Positions 38,455 to 49,111 are shown, counted from the first letter of the stretch. The stretch: DNA of 64,000 nucleotides from an uncultured Dehalococcoidales bacterium (GCA_964514415.1 CAZEQL010000001.1:6510-70509), one strand, 5' to 3'. Notes: generated from the sequence alone by a model not told the origin. A program made the numbers and translations.

Positions 38455-39045
38455 ATGGCAAAGCTCGGAGGCAAATTGGCTAAGAAATTCGTCCTCATCC
38501 TGGGCGGGGCTCGCAGCGGCAAAAGCAGCTTCGCTCAGGGCATGGCAGCAGAATTTGGAGAGAAGGTGCTCTTTGTGGCTACTGGGGAGCCACTTGATGA
38601 GGAAATGGTTTTACGGATCAAGGAGCATAAACGGACACGCCCTCAAAATTGGCGGACTTTAGAAATCGCCACCATGGTGGGGCAGAAGTTGGAAGAGCAG
38701 ATTGGCAATGCTGAGGTAGTTCTTCTCGACTGCTTAACCCTGCTCATCTCAAATATTCTAACTAAAGAAGCTGCAGCGTCCTCTTGTCATTGCGAGCGCA
38801 ACGAAGCAAACGCTGAAACAGAAAAACAAGTCGTGACTGAAATGGAAGACCTGATCGGATGCATCAATAAACATGAAAGCAATTTTATTGTTGTTTCTAA
38901 CGAAGTGGGTTTGGGACTGGTACCCGAGAGCAAGCTGGGCAGAGTCTACCGAGATCTCCTTGGCAAAGCCAACCAGCTTCTAGCTCAGCATGCCGACGAA
39001 GTTTATTTCATGGCTTCTGGCATTCCAATGAAGATAAAGGGCTAA
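38455..39045 (+). CDS. cobU: bifunctional adenosylcobinamide kinase / adenosylcobinamide-phosphate guanylyltransferase
   Basis: 196 aa, P-loop GGARSGKS near the N-terminus, last gene of the cob cluster. Confidence 0.75.
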   Translation: MAKLGGKLAKKFVLILGGARSGKSSFAQGMAAEFGEKVLFVATGEPLDEEMVLRIKEHKRTRPQNWRTLEIATMVGQKLEEQIGNAEVVLLDCLTLLISNILTKEAAASSCHCERNEANAETEKQVVTEMEDLIGCINKHESNFIVVSNEVGLGLVPESKLGRVYRDLLGKANQLLAQHADEVYFMASGIPMKIKG

Positions 39046-39312
39046 CCTTTCGGTAGCTTCCCTGAGCTTACCCCTTAATTGTTCACAAATATTCATATAC
39101 CCTCACAACCTTTGGTAAACAGTGAACCTTTGTAACCACTCCACCACCTTTCTTAGTCATTTTCGCCCCCATAGAAATTTATTCCGCTCCTCTAACTATA
39201 ATACAACAATACAACAAAACTATTGCGAATTTGCTGCCACAGTTAACCACTAATTTAGGGTCACTGTATAAAAGTTGCTAACTTAACCATTTAAGGGTTA
39301 TACTAAAAAGTT

Positions 39313-40392
39313 ATGGCGATAAAGCAAGATTATTATGAAATGCTCGGAGTGCCTCGAAATGCCAGTGACGCGGAAATTAAAAGGGCATTTCGCAAACTTG
39401 CTTTCCAGTACCATCCTGATCACAATAATGATCCAGCGGCAGAGGATAAATTTAAGGAAATAAACGAAGCTTACCAGGTCCTTTCCGATCCCAAGAAGAG
39501 AAGCAGTTATGATCGCTATGGTCGAGTAGCTACTGAAGGAGGCTCACCTGATTTTGGTTTTGGCGGGCTGGGAGACATTTTTGAATCCTTCTTCGGTGGA
39601 TTTGGTGAACCTTCTTCCGGATTTAGCAAGACTGCCCAGCGTACCCCACAAAAAGGGGATAGCCTCCAAAGTCACCTTACCCTTTCCTTCGAGGAAGCAG
39701 TCTTCGGAAGCAAGAAAGAAGTCGAAGTACAGCGTGTTGAGAACTGCCCTTTATGCCATGGCTTGGGCAGCCAGCCAGGAACAAATCCTCAAACTTGCCC
39801 CGAGTGTCATGGCATGGGACAGGTGAGAAGGGTGCAGCAAAGCCTTTTCGGCCGCTTCACTCATGTTGCTACGTGTTCTCGCTGCTCCGGCAGCGGCACC
39901 ATAATAACCCACCCTTGCTCTCAATGCCGTGGAAAAGGAAAGATAAGGATAAAGCGCAAGCTAATGGTGGATATTCCTGCTGGTGTAGATGATGGGTATC
40001 AATTATGTCTAGATGGCGAGGGAAATGCTGGCTTGTATGGAGGAGCCCCAGGTGCTCTCTACATCTCCTTTTCAGTAAAGCCACACAACTTGTTCCATAG
40101 AGAGGGCATTGACATTTTCTATAAATTACCTATCAATCTTACTCAAGCTGTTCTAGGTGATGAGATAGACATACCGTCTTTAGATGGAAAGCTAAGTCTA
40201 AAGATACCACCAGGCATTCAGAATGGGGAAGGCTTCCGCCTCAAAGGCAAAGGCATTCCTCGTGTTAATGATAAAAAAAGGGGGGATCTACTTGTCGAAA
40301 TTCAAGTGGTTACTCCACAACACATAGATAAGAAGCAGCGCCACCTTTTCGAGGAATTGGCTAAGACATTGCCCCGAACTAAGTTACCTTAA
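39313..40392 (+). CDS. dnaJ: molecular chaperone DnaJ
   Basis: J domain with HPD (YHPDHN), G/F region, four CxxCxGxG zinc-finger repeats, and a C-terminal substrate-binding domain. Confidence 0.85.
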   Translation: MAIKQDYYEMLGVPRNASDAEIKRAFRKLAFQYHPDHNNDPAAEDKFKEINEAYQVLSDPKKRSSYDRYGRVATEGGSPDFGFGGLGDIFESFFGGFGEPSSGFSKTAQRTPQKGDSLQSHLTLSFEEAVFGSKKEVEVQRVENCPLCHGLGSQPGTNPQTCPECHGMGQVRRVQQSLFGRFTHVATCSRCSGSGTIITHPCSQCRGKGKIRIKRKLMVDIPAGVDDGYQLCLDGEGNAGLYGGAPGALYISFSVKPHNLFHREGIDIFYKLPINLTQAVLGDEIDIPSLDGKLSLKIPPGIQNGEGFRLKGKGIPRVNDKKRGDLLVEIQVVTPQHIDKKQRHLFEELAKTLPRTKLP

Positions 40393-40412
40393 CAGTTGTC
40401 TATTTTTATATC

Positions 40413-41376
40413 TCACTGCCTCAAAGCATTTAACGAGATTAAGTCAGCCAACGCCTTAGGCGCTGGAAGGTTTTCAAAAAGGACACGATAAATAAGATTA
40501 GTAATAGGTGCCTCCAATCTCACTTTCTGTGCTAGTTGATGAACAGCCCTGGTAGTATAAACTCCCTCGGCGACCTGTGACATAGAGGCAGATATTTCAG
40601 CTAAAGGTCGCCCTTTAGCCAATTCATAACCAACATGATGATTGCGGCTCAAAGTGCTGGAGCAAGTGGCTATCAAGTCGCCCAATCCAGCCAGACCATA
40701 AAATGTATCAGCCCTAGCTCCCAAGGTTACTCCCAAGGAAACAAGCTCAGCCCATCCCCAGGTAACAAAGGCACTTTTAGCATTGTCACCTAAACCCAAT
40801 CCATCCATCATCCCTGCGCCCAAAGCTATAATGTTTTTCAGGGCTCCGCCTAATTCAACTCCAATAACGTCATCTGTGGTAAACAGGAGGAAATTTGGTG
40901 AATGCATCAATTCCCGTGCTCTTTCAGCAACGGCTATATCTTGAGAAGCAACGACAGAGGCAGCCGGTAAGCCCTGGGCAATTTCCTTAGCTAGATTAGG
41001 ACCAGAAAGAACACAGATCCGCTGCCCTAAAGAAGAAGCAACCACCTCTGCTATTACCTGAGACATTCTCTTACCGCTACTTACCTCCAATCCCTTGGCG
41101 GCACTCATCAATATCATCGAGTCAGTTAAGTAATCCTTAACTTGATTAACATTTTGCCGCATCTTCTGCGAAGGAACTGCCCAAATTACCAGGTCAGCTC
41201 CATTTAAGGCTTCTTCAACATGGTTAGTAGAAGAGTAACTATATTTTCCCTGGTTTAATTCTTCAGCTTCAGTTTTACTTCGTGTCCAAAGCTTTACTAC
41301 TATCCCTTTGCCGCTTAACAGAGTAGCCAGAGTTTTGCCCCAAGTGGTATTGCCTATGATAGTGACTTTAGGCATG
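40413..41376 (-). CDS. gpsA: NAD(P)H-dependent glycerol-3-phosphate dehydrogenase
   Basis: Rossmann TIIGNTTWG. The track ORF begins at TTG (41381); the ATG at 41376 is preferred. Confidence 0.85.
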
Positions 41377-41406
41377 CTCAAAGAATAATTTGCTCTTTAA
41401 CCTTTT

Positions 41407-42045
41407 TCACCATAATCGGCTCTCTGTGCCCTGCTGTAGGCGCTTCATGTTGTCACGATGCTGGTAGACGAGCAGTGCTATAGCTACCAAACCATAAACT
41501 AGATAAACAGGAGGGAAATTGTAAGCGATAGTCAGGGGCACCATTAAGCACCAAGAAGCCAGTGCTCCAAATATAGAGCCCTTAGACATATGTCGGCTGC
41601 GTAATGCTGAAATTGCTAGAACTTCAGCGCCAAATATACCTGCTGGGGGGAAAATGGCTAGCAATGTGCCAAAATAGGTGGTCACTCCTCTCCCGCCTTT
41701 GAACTTGGCAAATACAGGCCAGTTATGCCCTGCCACTACTGCCAATCCGGCCACAACCTGGGCTATCTGCCAATTAAGAACTACGCTACCAACAACTAAA
41801 ACGCTGCCGCCCATAATTGCTTTGGCTAACATCACCGCACCAACAGCCTTAGCCACATCGAGACCTAGGGTTAAAATGCCTAACTTGGTTCCCGCAGCCC
41901 TCATCACATTAGTCGCACCGGTCTTGCCGCTTCCATGCTTCCTGACATCAACACCACGTGTAAGTTTGCCTATTATCAAGCCAAAAGGGATAGAGCCAAG
42001 AAGATAAGCAATGACTACTATAGCAACGAGGTTAACTACCATCAT
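41407..42045 (-). CDS. plsY: glycerol-3-phosphate acyltransferase PlsY
   Basis: 212-aa membrane protein with the GSGN(T/A)GATN motif (GSGKTGATN). Confidence 0.85.
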   Translation of the reverse strand: MMVVNLVAIVVIAYLLGSIPFGLIIGKLTRGVDVRKHGSGKTGATNVMRAAGTKLGILTLGLDVAKAVGAVMLAKAIMGGSVLVVGSVVLNWQIAQVVAGLAVVAGHNWPVFAKFKGGRGVTTYFGTLLAIFPPAGIFGAEVLAISALRSRHMSKGSIFGALASWCLMVPLTIAYNFPPVYLVYGLVAIALLVYQHRDNMKRLQQGTESRLW

Positions 42046-43385
42046 GTTCTTACCACCTCTATCTTCTTATTGTTTTTACCAGCGGTTTTGGTGAAAACCA
42101 CATGCACAGGAACGCCTCGAAAACCAAAATTATGGCGAAGCTTGTTTTCCAGATAGCGCTGGTAAGAAAAATGCACTAACTTCGGATCATTAACTCGCAA
42201 AATAAAGGTTGCTGGTCTCGATTCATCTTGACGGGCTTGAGTGATGCGCAACCGCCTCGAACCTGTGCGCGGTGGGGGGCGGCTGATTACTGCTTGTTTA
42301 ATTACTTCATTAACTGCTGATTGCGACAACCGTTTCTGACTTTCCTGCCATATCCGCCAGGCCTGAGGTAAAATTTTGCCTACGCCGTGCCCCAGCTTGG
42401 CAGAGATATAAATAGCAGGTGCGTAGGAAATAAATCTAAGTCTCTGCTCCAGGCATTGTTTGAATTCTCGCCTCCGCTCCTGGGGAACAAGATCCCATTT
42501 ATTAACCACCAGGACTATACCCTTACCAACTTCAACAATATAACCAGCGATATGCATATCCTGGGCGGTAACAAATTCAGCAGCATCGATTAATAATAAG
42601 GCAACATCACAGCGGTTAATAGCTTGAAGAGCGCGAAGCAAGCTGTAATAGTCAATTCCAACATCAATTCGCCCACGCCGTTTAATACCAGCGGTATCAA
42701 TGAGCAAAGCCTTTTTATTATTCCACTGGACTATAGCATCAAGCGAATCGCGAGTTGTCCCTGGAGTTTCATGAATGATAGCTCTTTCATTACCCAACAG
42801 CGCATTTAACAACGTTGACTTGCCCACATTAGGCCGCCCCACAATGGCTAATTTAGCCTCTTCTGTCTCGGCGAGACTGATGGATGGTGGAGGTAAGGAG
42901 GCCAGGACAGCATCCATTAAATCATCTACTCCTCGATTATGGTAAGCGCTAATAGCTAGGGGCTCACCAATGCCAAGGTGATAAAAATCACTTACTTGAT
43001 TTTCTTGTTTAACAGAATCTATCTTGTTTACCGCCAGGATAACAGGCTTCCTGGCAGTGCGCAATATGTCAGCTATTTCTTCATCGGCGCTAATGACTCC
43101 ATCACGAGCGTCTACCAGAAAAATGATAGCGTCTGCTTGAGACATAGCTACCTCTGCTTGACGAGTAATTTCTTGCTCCAAAAATGACTGCGGCTTTGAC
43201 TGCCAGCCACCGGTATCAACCAAAGTTAACTCTTGCCCTTGCCATGAAGCGGAAGCAAAAACGCGGTCACGCGTAGTCCCTGGTAAGTCAGCGACAACAG
43301 CGGTGCGTTTGCCTGCCAAACGATTAAGCAAGGTAGACTTGCCTACATTGGTTCTACCTACAATGGCTATAATAGGTTTTGTCAT
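42042..43385 (-). CDS. der: ribosome biogenesis GTPase Der (EngA)
   Basis: Two tandem GTPase domains (GRTNVGKST and GRPNVGKST) plus a KH-like C-terminus. Confidence 0.9.
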   Translation of the reverse strand: MTKPIIAIVGRTNVGKSTLLNRLAGKRTAVVADLPGTTRDRVFASASWQGQELTLVDTGGWQSKPQSFLEQEITRQAEVAMSQADAIIFLVDARDGVISADEEIADILRTARKPVILAVNKIDSVKQENQVSDFYHLGIGEPLAISAYHNRGVDDLMDAVLASLPPPSISLAETEEAKLAIVGRPNVGKSTLLNALLGNERAIIHETPGTTRDSLDAIVQWNNKKALLIDTAGIKRRGRIDVGIDYYSLLRALQAINRCDVALLLIDAAEFVTAQDMHIAGYIVEVGKGIVLVVNKWDLVPQERRREFKQCLEQRLRFISYAPAIYISAKLGHGVGKILPQAWRIWQESQKRLSQSAVNEVIKQAVISRPPPRTGSRRLRITQARQDESRPATFILRVNDPKLVHFSYQRYLENKLRHNFGFRGVPVHVVFTKTAGKNNKKIEVVRT

Positions 43386-43421
43386 TTACTTATAGCTAAC
43401 TGCATAATCTCGTATAAACTA

Positions 43422-43530
43422 CCTCTCCCTTGAAGGGAGGGGATTGTAGTTGCCTGATTCATCAGGCTTAGCCCAATAAATTGGGCAACTACATTGTTAA
43501 ATAACTCCCTCCCTCCAGAGGAGGGAGAAT
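43422..43530. repeat. REP-like palindromic intergenic element (ctctcccttgaagggagg hairpin + tgtagttgcctgattcatcaggc...gcccaataaattgggcaactaca hairpin + ctccctccagaggagggag hairpin)
   Basis: Direct reading. The same composite element recurs at 51701-51830, and parts of it recur many times in 52.9-61.2 kb. Confidence 0.6.
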
Positions 43531-43557
43531 TATAAGGAATTTTGCAATTGCCCATAA

Positions 43558-44481
43558 TTACCCTTGAGTTGGCTGGCGAAGTATCTTAGCTAACAGTGCT
43601 TTTTGCAGGTGAAGCCTATTTTCCGCCTGGTCAAAGACTACCGATCTGGGGTCGTCTAATAACCCAGCAACAATTTCCTCATCATAATGGGCAGGCAAAG
43701 GGTGCATAAACAAAACATCTCCTTCAGCCAGGTCCAACAATTTATTATCCACTTGATAGCCCAAAAAAGCAAGCCGCCGTTTCTCCGCTTCAGCCTCCTG
43801 TCCCATGCTTGTCCACACATCAGTATATATTATATCGGCGCCTTTAACTGCTTCGTGAGGTTCCCTGGTTAGCTGGATTTGACCGCCACTGAGAGTGGCG
43901 AATTCTTCGCCTTGTTTTAGTATCTCTTGACTGACTTCGTAGCCGTGTGGCGAAGCAATATGAAAATTCATACCGCTGAGTGAAGCAGCAAGGAGCAAGC
44001 TATTAGCTACATTATTGCCATCGCCAATAAATGCCAAAGTTAAGCCAGAAAGCTTGCCTTTCTTTTCATAAATGGTGAGGAGGTCGGAGAGCACCTGGCA
44101 AGGGTGTTCCAAGTCAGAAAGCGCATTAATTACCGGCACGGAAGAATACTCAGCCAAGGTACGCAAGGTCTCGTGGGAAAATGTGCGAGCAATGATACCA
44201 TCAACGTAGCGGCTGAGTACCCGGGCTACATCAGCTATAGACTCTCGTTCGCCCAAGCCTACCTCCACCGGAGATAGATAAATGGCATACCCGCCTAATT
44301 GATGCATAGCTAAGTCAAAGCTAACTTTTGTCCGCAAGGAAGGCTTCTCAAAAAGAAGTGCCAGGGCTTTCCCTGAAAGGAGATGTGATGTATCCTCTTG
44401 TTTCAGGACTAATGCCTGCTCTATAAGTTGCTCAATTTCCTCACGGCTGAGATCCGCTACCGAAAGTAAATCTCTCTTCAT
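43558..44481 (-). CDS. argF: ornithine carbamoyltransferase-family carbamoyltransferase
   Basis: FEKPSLRTKVSF (STRTR-like carbamoyl-phosphate site), HPLP, and a C-terminal VVFDQAENRLH motif matching OTC. Substrate specificity is not certain. Confidence 0.75.
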   Translation of the reverse strand: MKRDLLSVADLSREEIEQLIEQALVLKQEDTSHLLSGKALALLFEKPSLRTKVSFDLAMHQLGGYAIYLSPVEVGLGERESIADVARVLSRYVDGIIARTFSHETLRTLAEYSSVPVINALSDLEHPCQVLSDLLTIYEKKGKLSGLTLAFIGDGNNVANSLLLAASLSGMNFHIASPHGYEVSQEILKQGEEFATLSGGQIQLTREPHEAVKGADIIYTDVWTSMGQEAEAEKRRLAFLGYQVDNKLLDLAEGDVLFMHPLPAHYDEEIVAGLLDDPRSVVFDQAENRLHLQKALLAKILRQPTQG

Positions 44482-44550
44482 CCATTACCTCTGAACTATG
44501 ACTTTTGTAAAGAGGCTTTAGTATATCATGTCTGTCAAGTAGTATAATAA

Positions 44551-47274
44551 GTGGAAGTGGTCGAAGAGAAAAAGCCATTATTACTACTCTTTGATGGCAA
44601 TGCTCTAATACATCGGGCATTTCATGCCTTGCCCCCGTTAACGGTATCCAAGACGGGGGAGATAGTAAATTCTGTTTATGGCTTTGCCAATACATTGCTC
44701 AAGGTACTGGCTGAATTTAAGCCCACTTACTGGGCTGTTGCCTTCGACCGTCCAGCTCCTACCTTCAGACACAAAATGTTCCGGGAATATAAAGCACAGC
44801 GCCCTGCTATGCCGGAAGAGCTGAAAGGTCAGATAGGGCGAGTTCATCAACTGGTGGAGGCCTTCCACATTCCCATCTTTGAAATTGATGGCTTTGAAGC
44901 TGATGATGTTCTGGGCACTTTGAGCAAGCAAGCTAGCGACCAGACTATTGAGACCATCGTTGTTACCGGCGATAATGACATGCTTCAAATCATATCACCC
45001 CGAATAAAAGCCCTTGCCCCAAAGCGAACTTTTAATGATACCGCCCTCTATGACGAGGAGGCAGTGGAGCAAAAATATGGCGTGAAGCCAGAACAAATCA
45101 CGGACTTTAAGGCGTTGGTTGGTGACCCTTCGGATAATATTCCTGGTGTGCCAAGCATTGGCGAAAAAACAGCTACCAGGTTAATTCAGCAATTTGGTAG
45201 CCTTGAGGGAATCTATGAACATATTGAAGATATAACAGCGAGCAAGCTGCAAACGGCGCTGCGCCAATATCAATCCCGGGCATTTCAGAATAAAGAATTA
45301 GTCACCATAGTCAAAGATGTCCCTATCAACCTAAATTTGGAGGCTTGCCGAGTGAGTGCTTATAACCGAGATGAAGTAGTGAAGCTTTTTCAGGAGCTTG
45401 AATTCATTAAATTGCTGCCTAGATTGCCGCATGAGAGCTATCAACTGACAACTGACAGCTTTCCGAGAGGCGTTTACCACATAATTAATACCGAAAGAGG
45501 GCTAGACGAGCTTGTAAGTCAGCTAGAAGCGGCAAGCAACATAGTCGTTGCCCTTGAAACCACCCTCCCCCCTGAAAGTAAAGAGACCATGACAGCAGAG
45601 TTAGTGGGAATAGTAGTATCGCCATTCCCAGAGAAAGTATTTTATATACCTCTAGGGCACCGCAGGTTGAATCAATCTGAGCAGTTACCGCTTACTCAAG
45701 TCATGGCTAAGTTTAAACCATTGTTAGAAAACACAAATATAGACAAACTTGTTCACAACGGTAAATGCAATATGACAGTGTTAGCTAACTACGGGGTAAA
45801 ACTGGAAGGTTTAAATTTCGATACTATGCTAGCTGCCTATCTTCTCGGTGAAAAGAACCTGGGTCTTAAAGCGCTTGCCTTCAATAAACTGGGTGTTGAA
45901 ATAACGCCTGTCAGCGAATTAATTAGCACGGGGAAGAAGCACACCCCGATAGCCATGTTAGAGATAAGGCAAGTTGCCGACCATGTTTTCGCTTGCGCTG
46001 ATATTATCTGGAATTTAACAGATAGCCTAAAGGAGGAATTGCATCAGCAAGGATTGTGGCAACTCTTCAGCGAAGTAGAAATGCCCCTGATTCCAGTGTT
46101 AGCGGCTATGGAAAGGAATGGCGTTCTCCTGGATACCGATTTGCTTCGTAAGATATCTCTTGAACTAGGTCGGGAAATGTTAAAACTGGAAATAGAAATC
46201 TACAGTAGCGTGGGACACCAATTCAATATCAACTCACCGCGGCAACTAGGCAAAGTACTCTTTGAAGAACTGAGGCTACCTCAATTTCGTAAAACAAAAA
46301 CTGGTTATTCTACCGAAGCCTCGGTGCTCGAGGCACTAAAGGGTATTCATCCCATAATAGAGCTTGTATTGGAATATCGCCAGCTTGCTAAGCTCAAGTC
46401 AACGTACGTTGATGCTCTGCCGGTGCTCGTTAATCCCAAGACGAGAAGAGTTCATACCAATTTTAACCAGACAGGCACAACTACCGGGCGACTTTCCTCC
46501 AGCGAGCCGAACTTGCAAAATATTCCCACGAGGGGAGAATTGGGGAGAGAGATAAGGAAAGCCTTCGTAGCTCCGCCGGGAACATTATTGCTAAGTGCTG
46601 ATTACTCTCAAATCGACCTCAGGGCATTAGCCCATCTCTCTCAAGACTCCAGTCTTATTGCCGCCTTCGCCCGAGATGAGGATATTCATACTGTAACTGC
46701 AAGTAAGATTTTTAATGTTCCCGAGGCTGAAGTGACCCCCGACATGCGCCGAAATGCTAAGACAGTTAACTTTGGTGTTATTTATGGCATGAGCGATTAT
46801 GGATTGGAGCAAGCCACCAATTTAAGCCGAGGGGAGGCAGCTCAATTTATCGCTTTGTATTTCGAGACATATCCCAAGGTAAAGGAGTATATCGAAGCAA
46901 CTAAAGAGCAAGCTAGAAAACTGGGCTATGTGCAAACGGTAATGGGAAGGCGAAGGTTCATACCGGAAATCAATTCTCCCAATCGGCAAGTAAGAGAAGC
47001 GGCTGAGCGCATGGCTATAAATGCCCCTGTACAAGGCACATCCGCTGACATTATTAAGGTCGCCATGATCAATTTATATCGAGAAATACAGAGGCGCAAT
47101 CTAAAAAGCAAGATGCTTCTGCAAATTCATGATGAATTGATTTTCGAGGTACCCGAAGAGGAAGTGGGAGAGATGAAATCTTTAGTTGCCGAGCTAATGA
47201 CCAAAGCAGTAAAGCTTTGTGTACCCCTGAAAATAGATATCAAGTTGGGCAAAAATTGGGGCGAGATGGCATAG
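44551..47274 (+). CDS. polA: DNA polymerase I
   Basis: 907 aa. 5'-3' exonuclease N-terminus, 3'-5' exonuclease-like middle region, and polymerase motifs A (DYSQIDLR), B (RRNAKTVNFGVIYG) and C (QIHDEL). GTG start. Confidence 0.9.
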   Translation: MEVVEEKKPLLLLFDGNALIHRAFHALPPLTVSKTGEIVNSVYGFANTLLKVLAEFKPTYWAVAFDRPAPTFRHKMFREYKAQRPAMPEELKGQIGRVHQLVEAFHIPIFEIDGFEADDVLGTLSKQASDQTIETIVVTGDNDMLQIISPRIKALAPKRTFNDTALYDEEAVEQKYGVKPEQITDFKALVGDPSDNIPGVPSIGEKTATRLIQQFGSLEGIYEHIEDITASKLQTALRQYQSRAFQNKELVTIVKDVPINLNLEACRVSAYNRDEVVKLFQELEFIKLLPRLPHESYQLTTDSFPRGVYHIINTERGLDELVSQLEAASNIVVALETTLPPESKETMTAELVGIVVSPFPEKVFYIPLGHRRLNQSEQLPLTQVMAKFKPLLENTNIDKLVHNGKCNMTVLANYGVKLEGLNFDTMLAAYLLGEKNLGLKALAFNKLGVEITPVSELISTGKKHTPIAMLEIRQVADHVFACADIIWNLTDSLKEELHQQGLWQLFSEVEMPLIPVLAAMERNGVLLDTDLLRKISLELGREMLKLEIEIYSSVGHQFNINSPRQLGKVLFEELRLPQFRKTKTGYSTEASVLEALKGIHPIIELVLEYRQLAKLKSTYVDALPVLVNPKTRRVHTNFNQTGTTTGRLSSSEPNLQNIPTRGELGREIRKAFVAPPGTLLLSADYSQIDLRALAHLSQDSSLIAAFARDEDIHTVTASKIFNVPEAEVTPDMRRNAKTVNFGVIYGMSDYGLEQATNLSRGEAAQFIALYFETYPKVKEYIEATKEQARKLGYVQTVMGRRRFIPEINSPNRQVREAAERMAINAPVQGTSADIIKVAMINLYREIQRRNLKSKMLLQIHDELIFEVPEEEVGEMKSLVAELMTKAVKLCVPLKIDIKLGKNWGEMA

Positions 47275-47611
47275 ATTGGGAAATAAACGTGGTTGCTGAG
47301 CTCTCAGGCTCCAATATTCTCACGGGCGCATATAGACGAGCGCCGGATCTCAGGTACCCATCCCTTTCAAACTATGTGGCGTATTGCTCAATCTCCAGAC
47401 GCTGGGTATAGTGAGGGCAAGAATGAGAGCGAACGGGACATTGGTCGTATTCGCAGTCCACTGGATACATTTCAAAAACTGTAAGGGTCAATAAAGAATG
47501 ACAAAATCTGGTTTACCCAGAGTTGGGGATAAACGAAGTAGGTTCATTTACCCATAGTTAGGCGAAATGCTTATTGCAGGTCGCCATTAAAAACATAAGG
47601 ATGAAAAAGAA

Positions 47612-49111
47612 ATGAGCAAAAAGGCGATAATAATAGGTGCGGGAATAGCAGGGTTATCGACAGGCTGTTATTTACAAATGAATGGGTACAAAACGCAAAT
47701 ATTCGAAATGAGCCAATCTCCAGGTGGGGTATGCACTTCATGGAAGAGGAAAGGATATATTTTCGATGGCTGCATCCATTGGCTTGTTGGCTCAAGTCCC
47801 TCTGTTAATTTCTACAAGATATGGCAGGAATTGGGTGCGATTCAACATAAGGAGATAGTGGACTTTGATGAATTTACCAGAATAGAAAGAAAAAATGGAG
47901 AGGTTTTCACGGTTTATACAAATGTGGATAAGTTAGAGAACGAGATGATGGAGGTTGCGCCTGAGGATAAACAGGTAATAGAAGAATTTACAGATGCAAT
48001 AAGGGAATTTGCAAGGTTTGAGATGCCAATAGGGAAGGCACCTGAATTATATGGCCCTATCGATGGAATGAAACTTTTATTTAAGATGTATCCATTTTTA
48101 AAAGCTGCAAAGAAATGGAAGAATATTACAATCAAGGACTATGCGGAAAGATTTAAAAATCATTTTTTAAGAGAGGTGTTCCCACTAATTCTTGGAATAG
48201 ACGATAGATTCACAATGGTTGGACTTATCATGACGCTTTCTTGGATGCATCTAAAATCTGCGGGTTACCCAGTTGGAGGGTCTTTAGAGTTTTCAAAGTC
48301 TATCGAAAGGAGATATGTCAATCTCGGCGGCAAAGTGAACTATAACTCCAAGGTATCAAAGGTCATCGTGAAAGATAACAAAGCTGTTGGGATAAAACTG
48401 GCAAACGAAGAAATTTACAATGCTGATATAGTAATCTCGGCTGCTGACGGACACTACACCATCTTTGAAATGCTTGATGGCAAATATGTAAATAAGAAAA
48501 TCTTAAACGATTACAATAATTTAGAGCTGTTTCCTGCAATTATTCAGATTTCATTGGGAATATCAAAAAGCTTCGATGATGTTCCACACTCAATAAGTTT
48601 CCCTCTTGATAAGCCTTTTATCATCGATGACAAAAACAAAGTTGGAAGGATAATGGTGAGAATCTATAACTTTGACCCTGCATTGGCATCAGAAGGGAAA
48701 ACCTCTGTCATTGTATACACCCCCTCTAATTATGAGTATTGGGTAAATTTGAGGGGAAAAGATATGGAGAAATATCGTGAAGAAAAGGAAAGAATTGCTA
48801 AAGAGCTTATAGAGATACTTGATAAACGATTTGGAAATATAGCCTCGAAGGTTGAAGTTTACGATGTTGCTACTCCCGCCACTTACATAAGATATACAAA
48901 TAACTGGAAGGGAAGTTTTGAAGGATGGCTACCAACATCAAAAGTGCTTATGAGAAGGATGAAAAAGACTTTACCCAAGTTGAAAAATTTTTATATGGCT
49001 GGGCAATGGGTTGAACCAGGCGGAGGCTTGCCTGCTGTAGCTCTATCTGGGAGGAATTTAGCTCAAGTGATATGCAGAAAAGACAAGAAAAAATTTCAGG
49101 TGGTGGTTTAG
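47612..49111 (+). CDS. FAD/NAD(P)-binding oxidoreductase of the phytoene desaturase (CrtI)-like amine-oxidase family
   Basis: N-terminal GxGxxG dinucleotide fold IIGAGIAGLS. 499 aa. The gene is strikingly AT-rich relative to its flanks. Confidence 0.65.
   Translation: MSKKAIIIGAGIAGLSTGCYLQMNGYKTQIFEMSQSPGGVCTSWKRKGYIFDGCIHWLVGSSPSVNFYKIWQELGAIQHKEIVDFDEFTRIERKNGEVFTVYTNVDKLENEMMEVAPEDKQVIEEFTDAIREFARFEMPIGKAPELYGPIDGMKLLFKMYPFLKAAKKWKNITIKDYAERFKNHFLREVFPLILGIDDRFTMVGLIMTLSWMHLKSAGYPVGGSLEFSKSIERRYVNLGGKVNYNSKVSKVIVKDNKAVGIKLANEEIYNADIVISAADGHYTIFEMLDGKYVNKKILNDYNNLELFPAIIQISLGISKSFDDVPHSISFPLDKPFIIDDKNKVGRIMVRIYNFDPALASEGKTSVIVYTPSNYEYWVNLRGKDMEKYREEKERIAKELIEILDKRFGNIASKVEVYDVATPATYIRYTNNWKGSFEGWLPTSKVLMRRMKKTLPKLKNFYMAGQWVEPGGGLPAVALSGRNLAQVICRKDKKKFQVVV

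Noticed and set aside
44482-44550. ARG-box-like sequence (TGAACTATGACTTT) in the divergent argF-polA spacer.
   Set aside because: Only a partial match to the TNTGAATWWWWATTCANT consensus, and no second box. Too weak to report.
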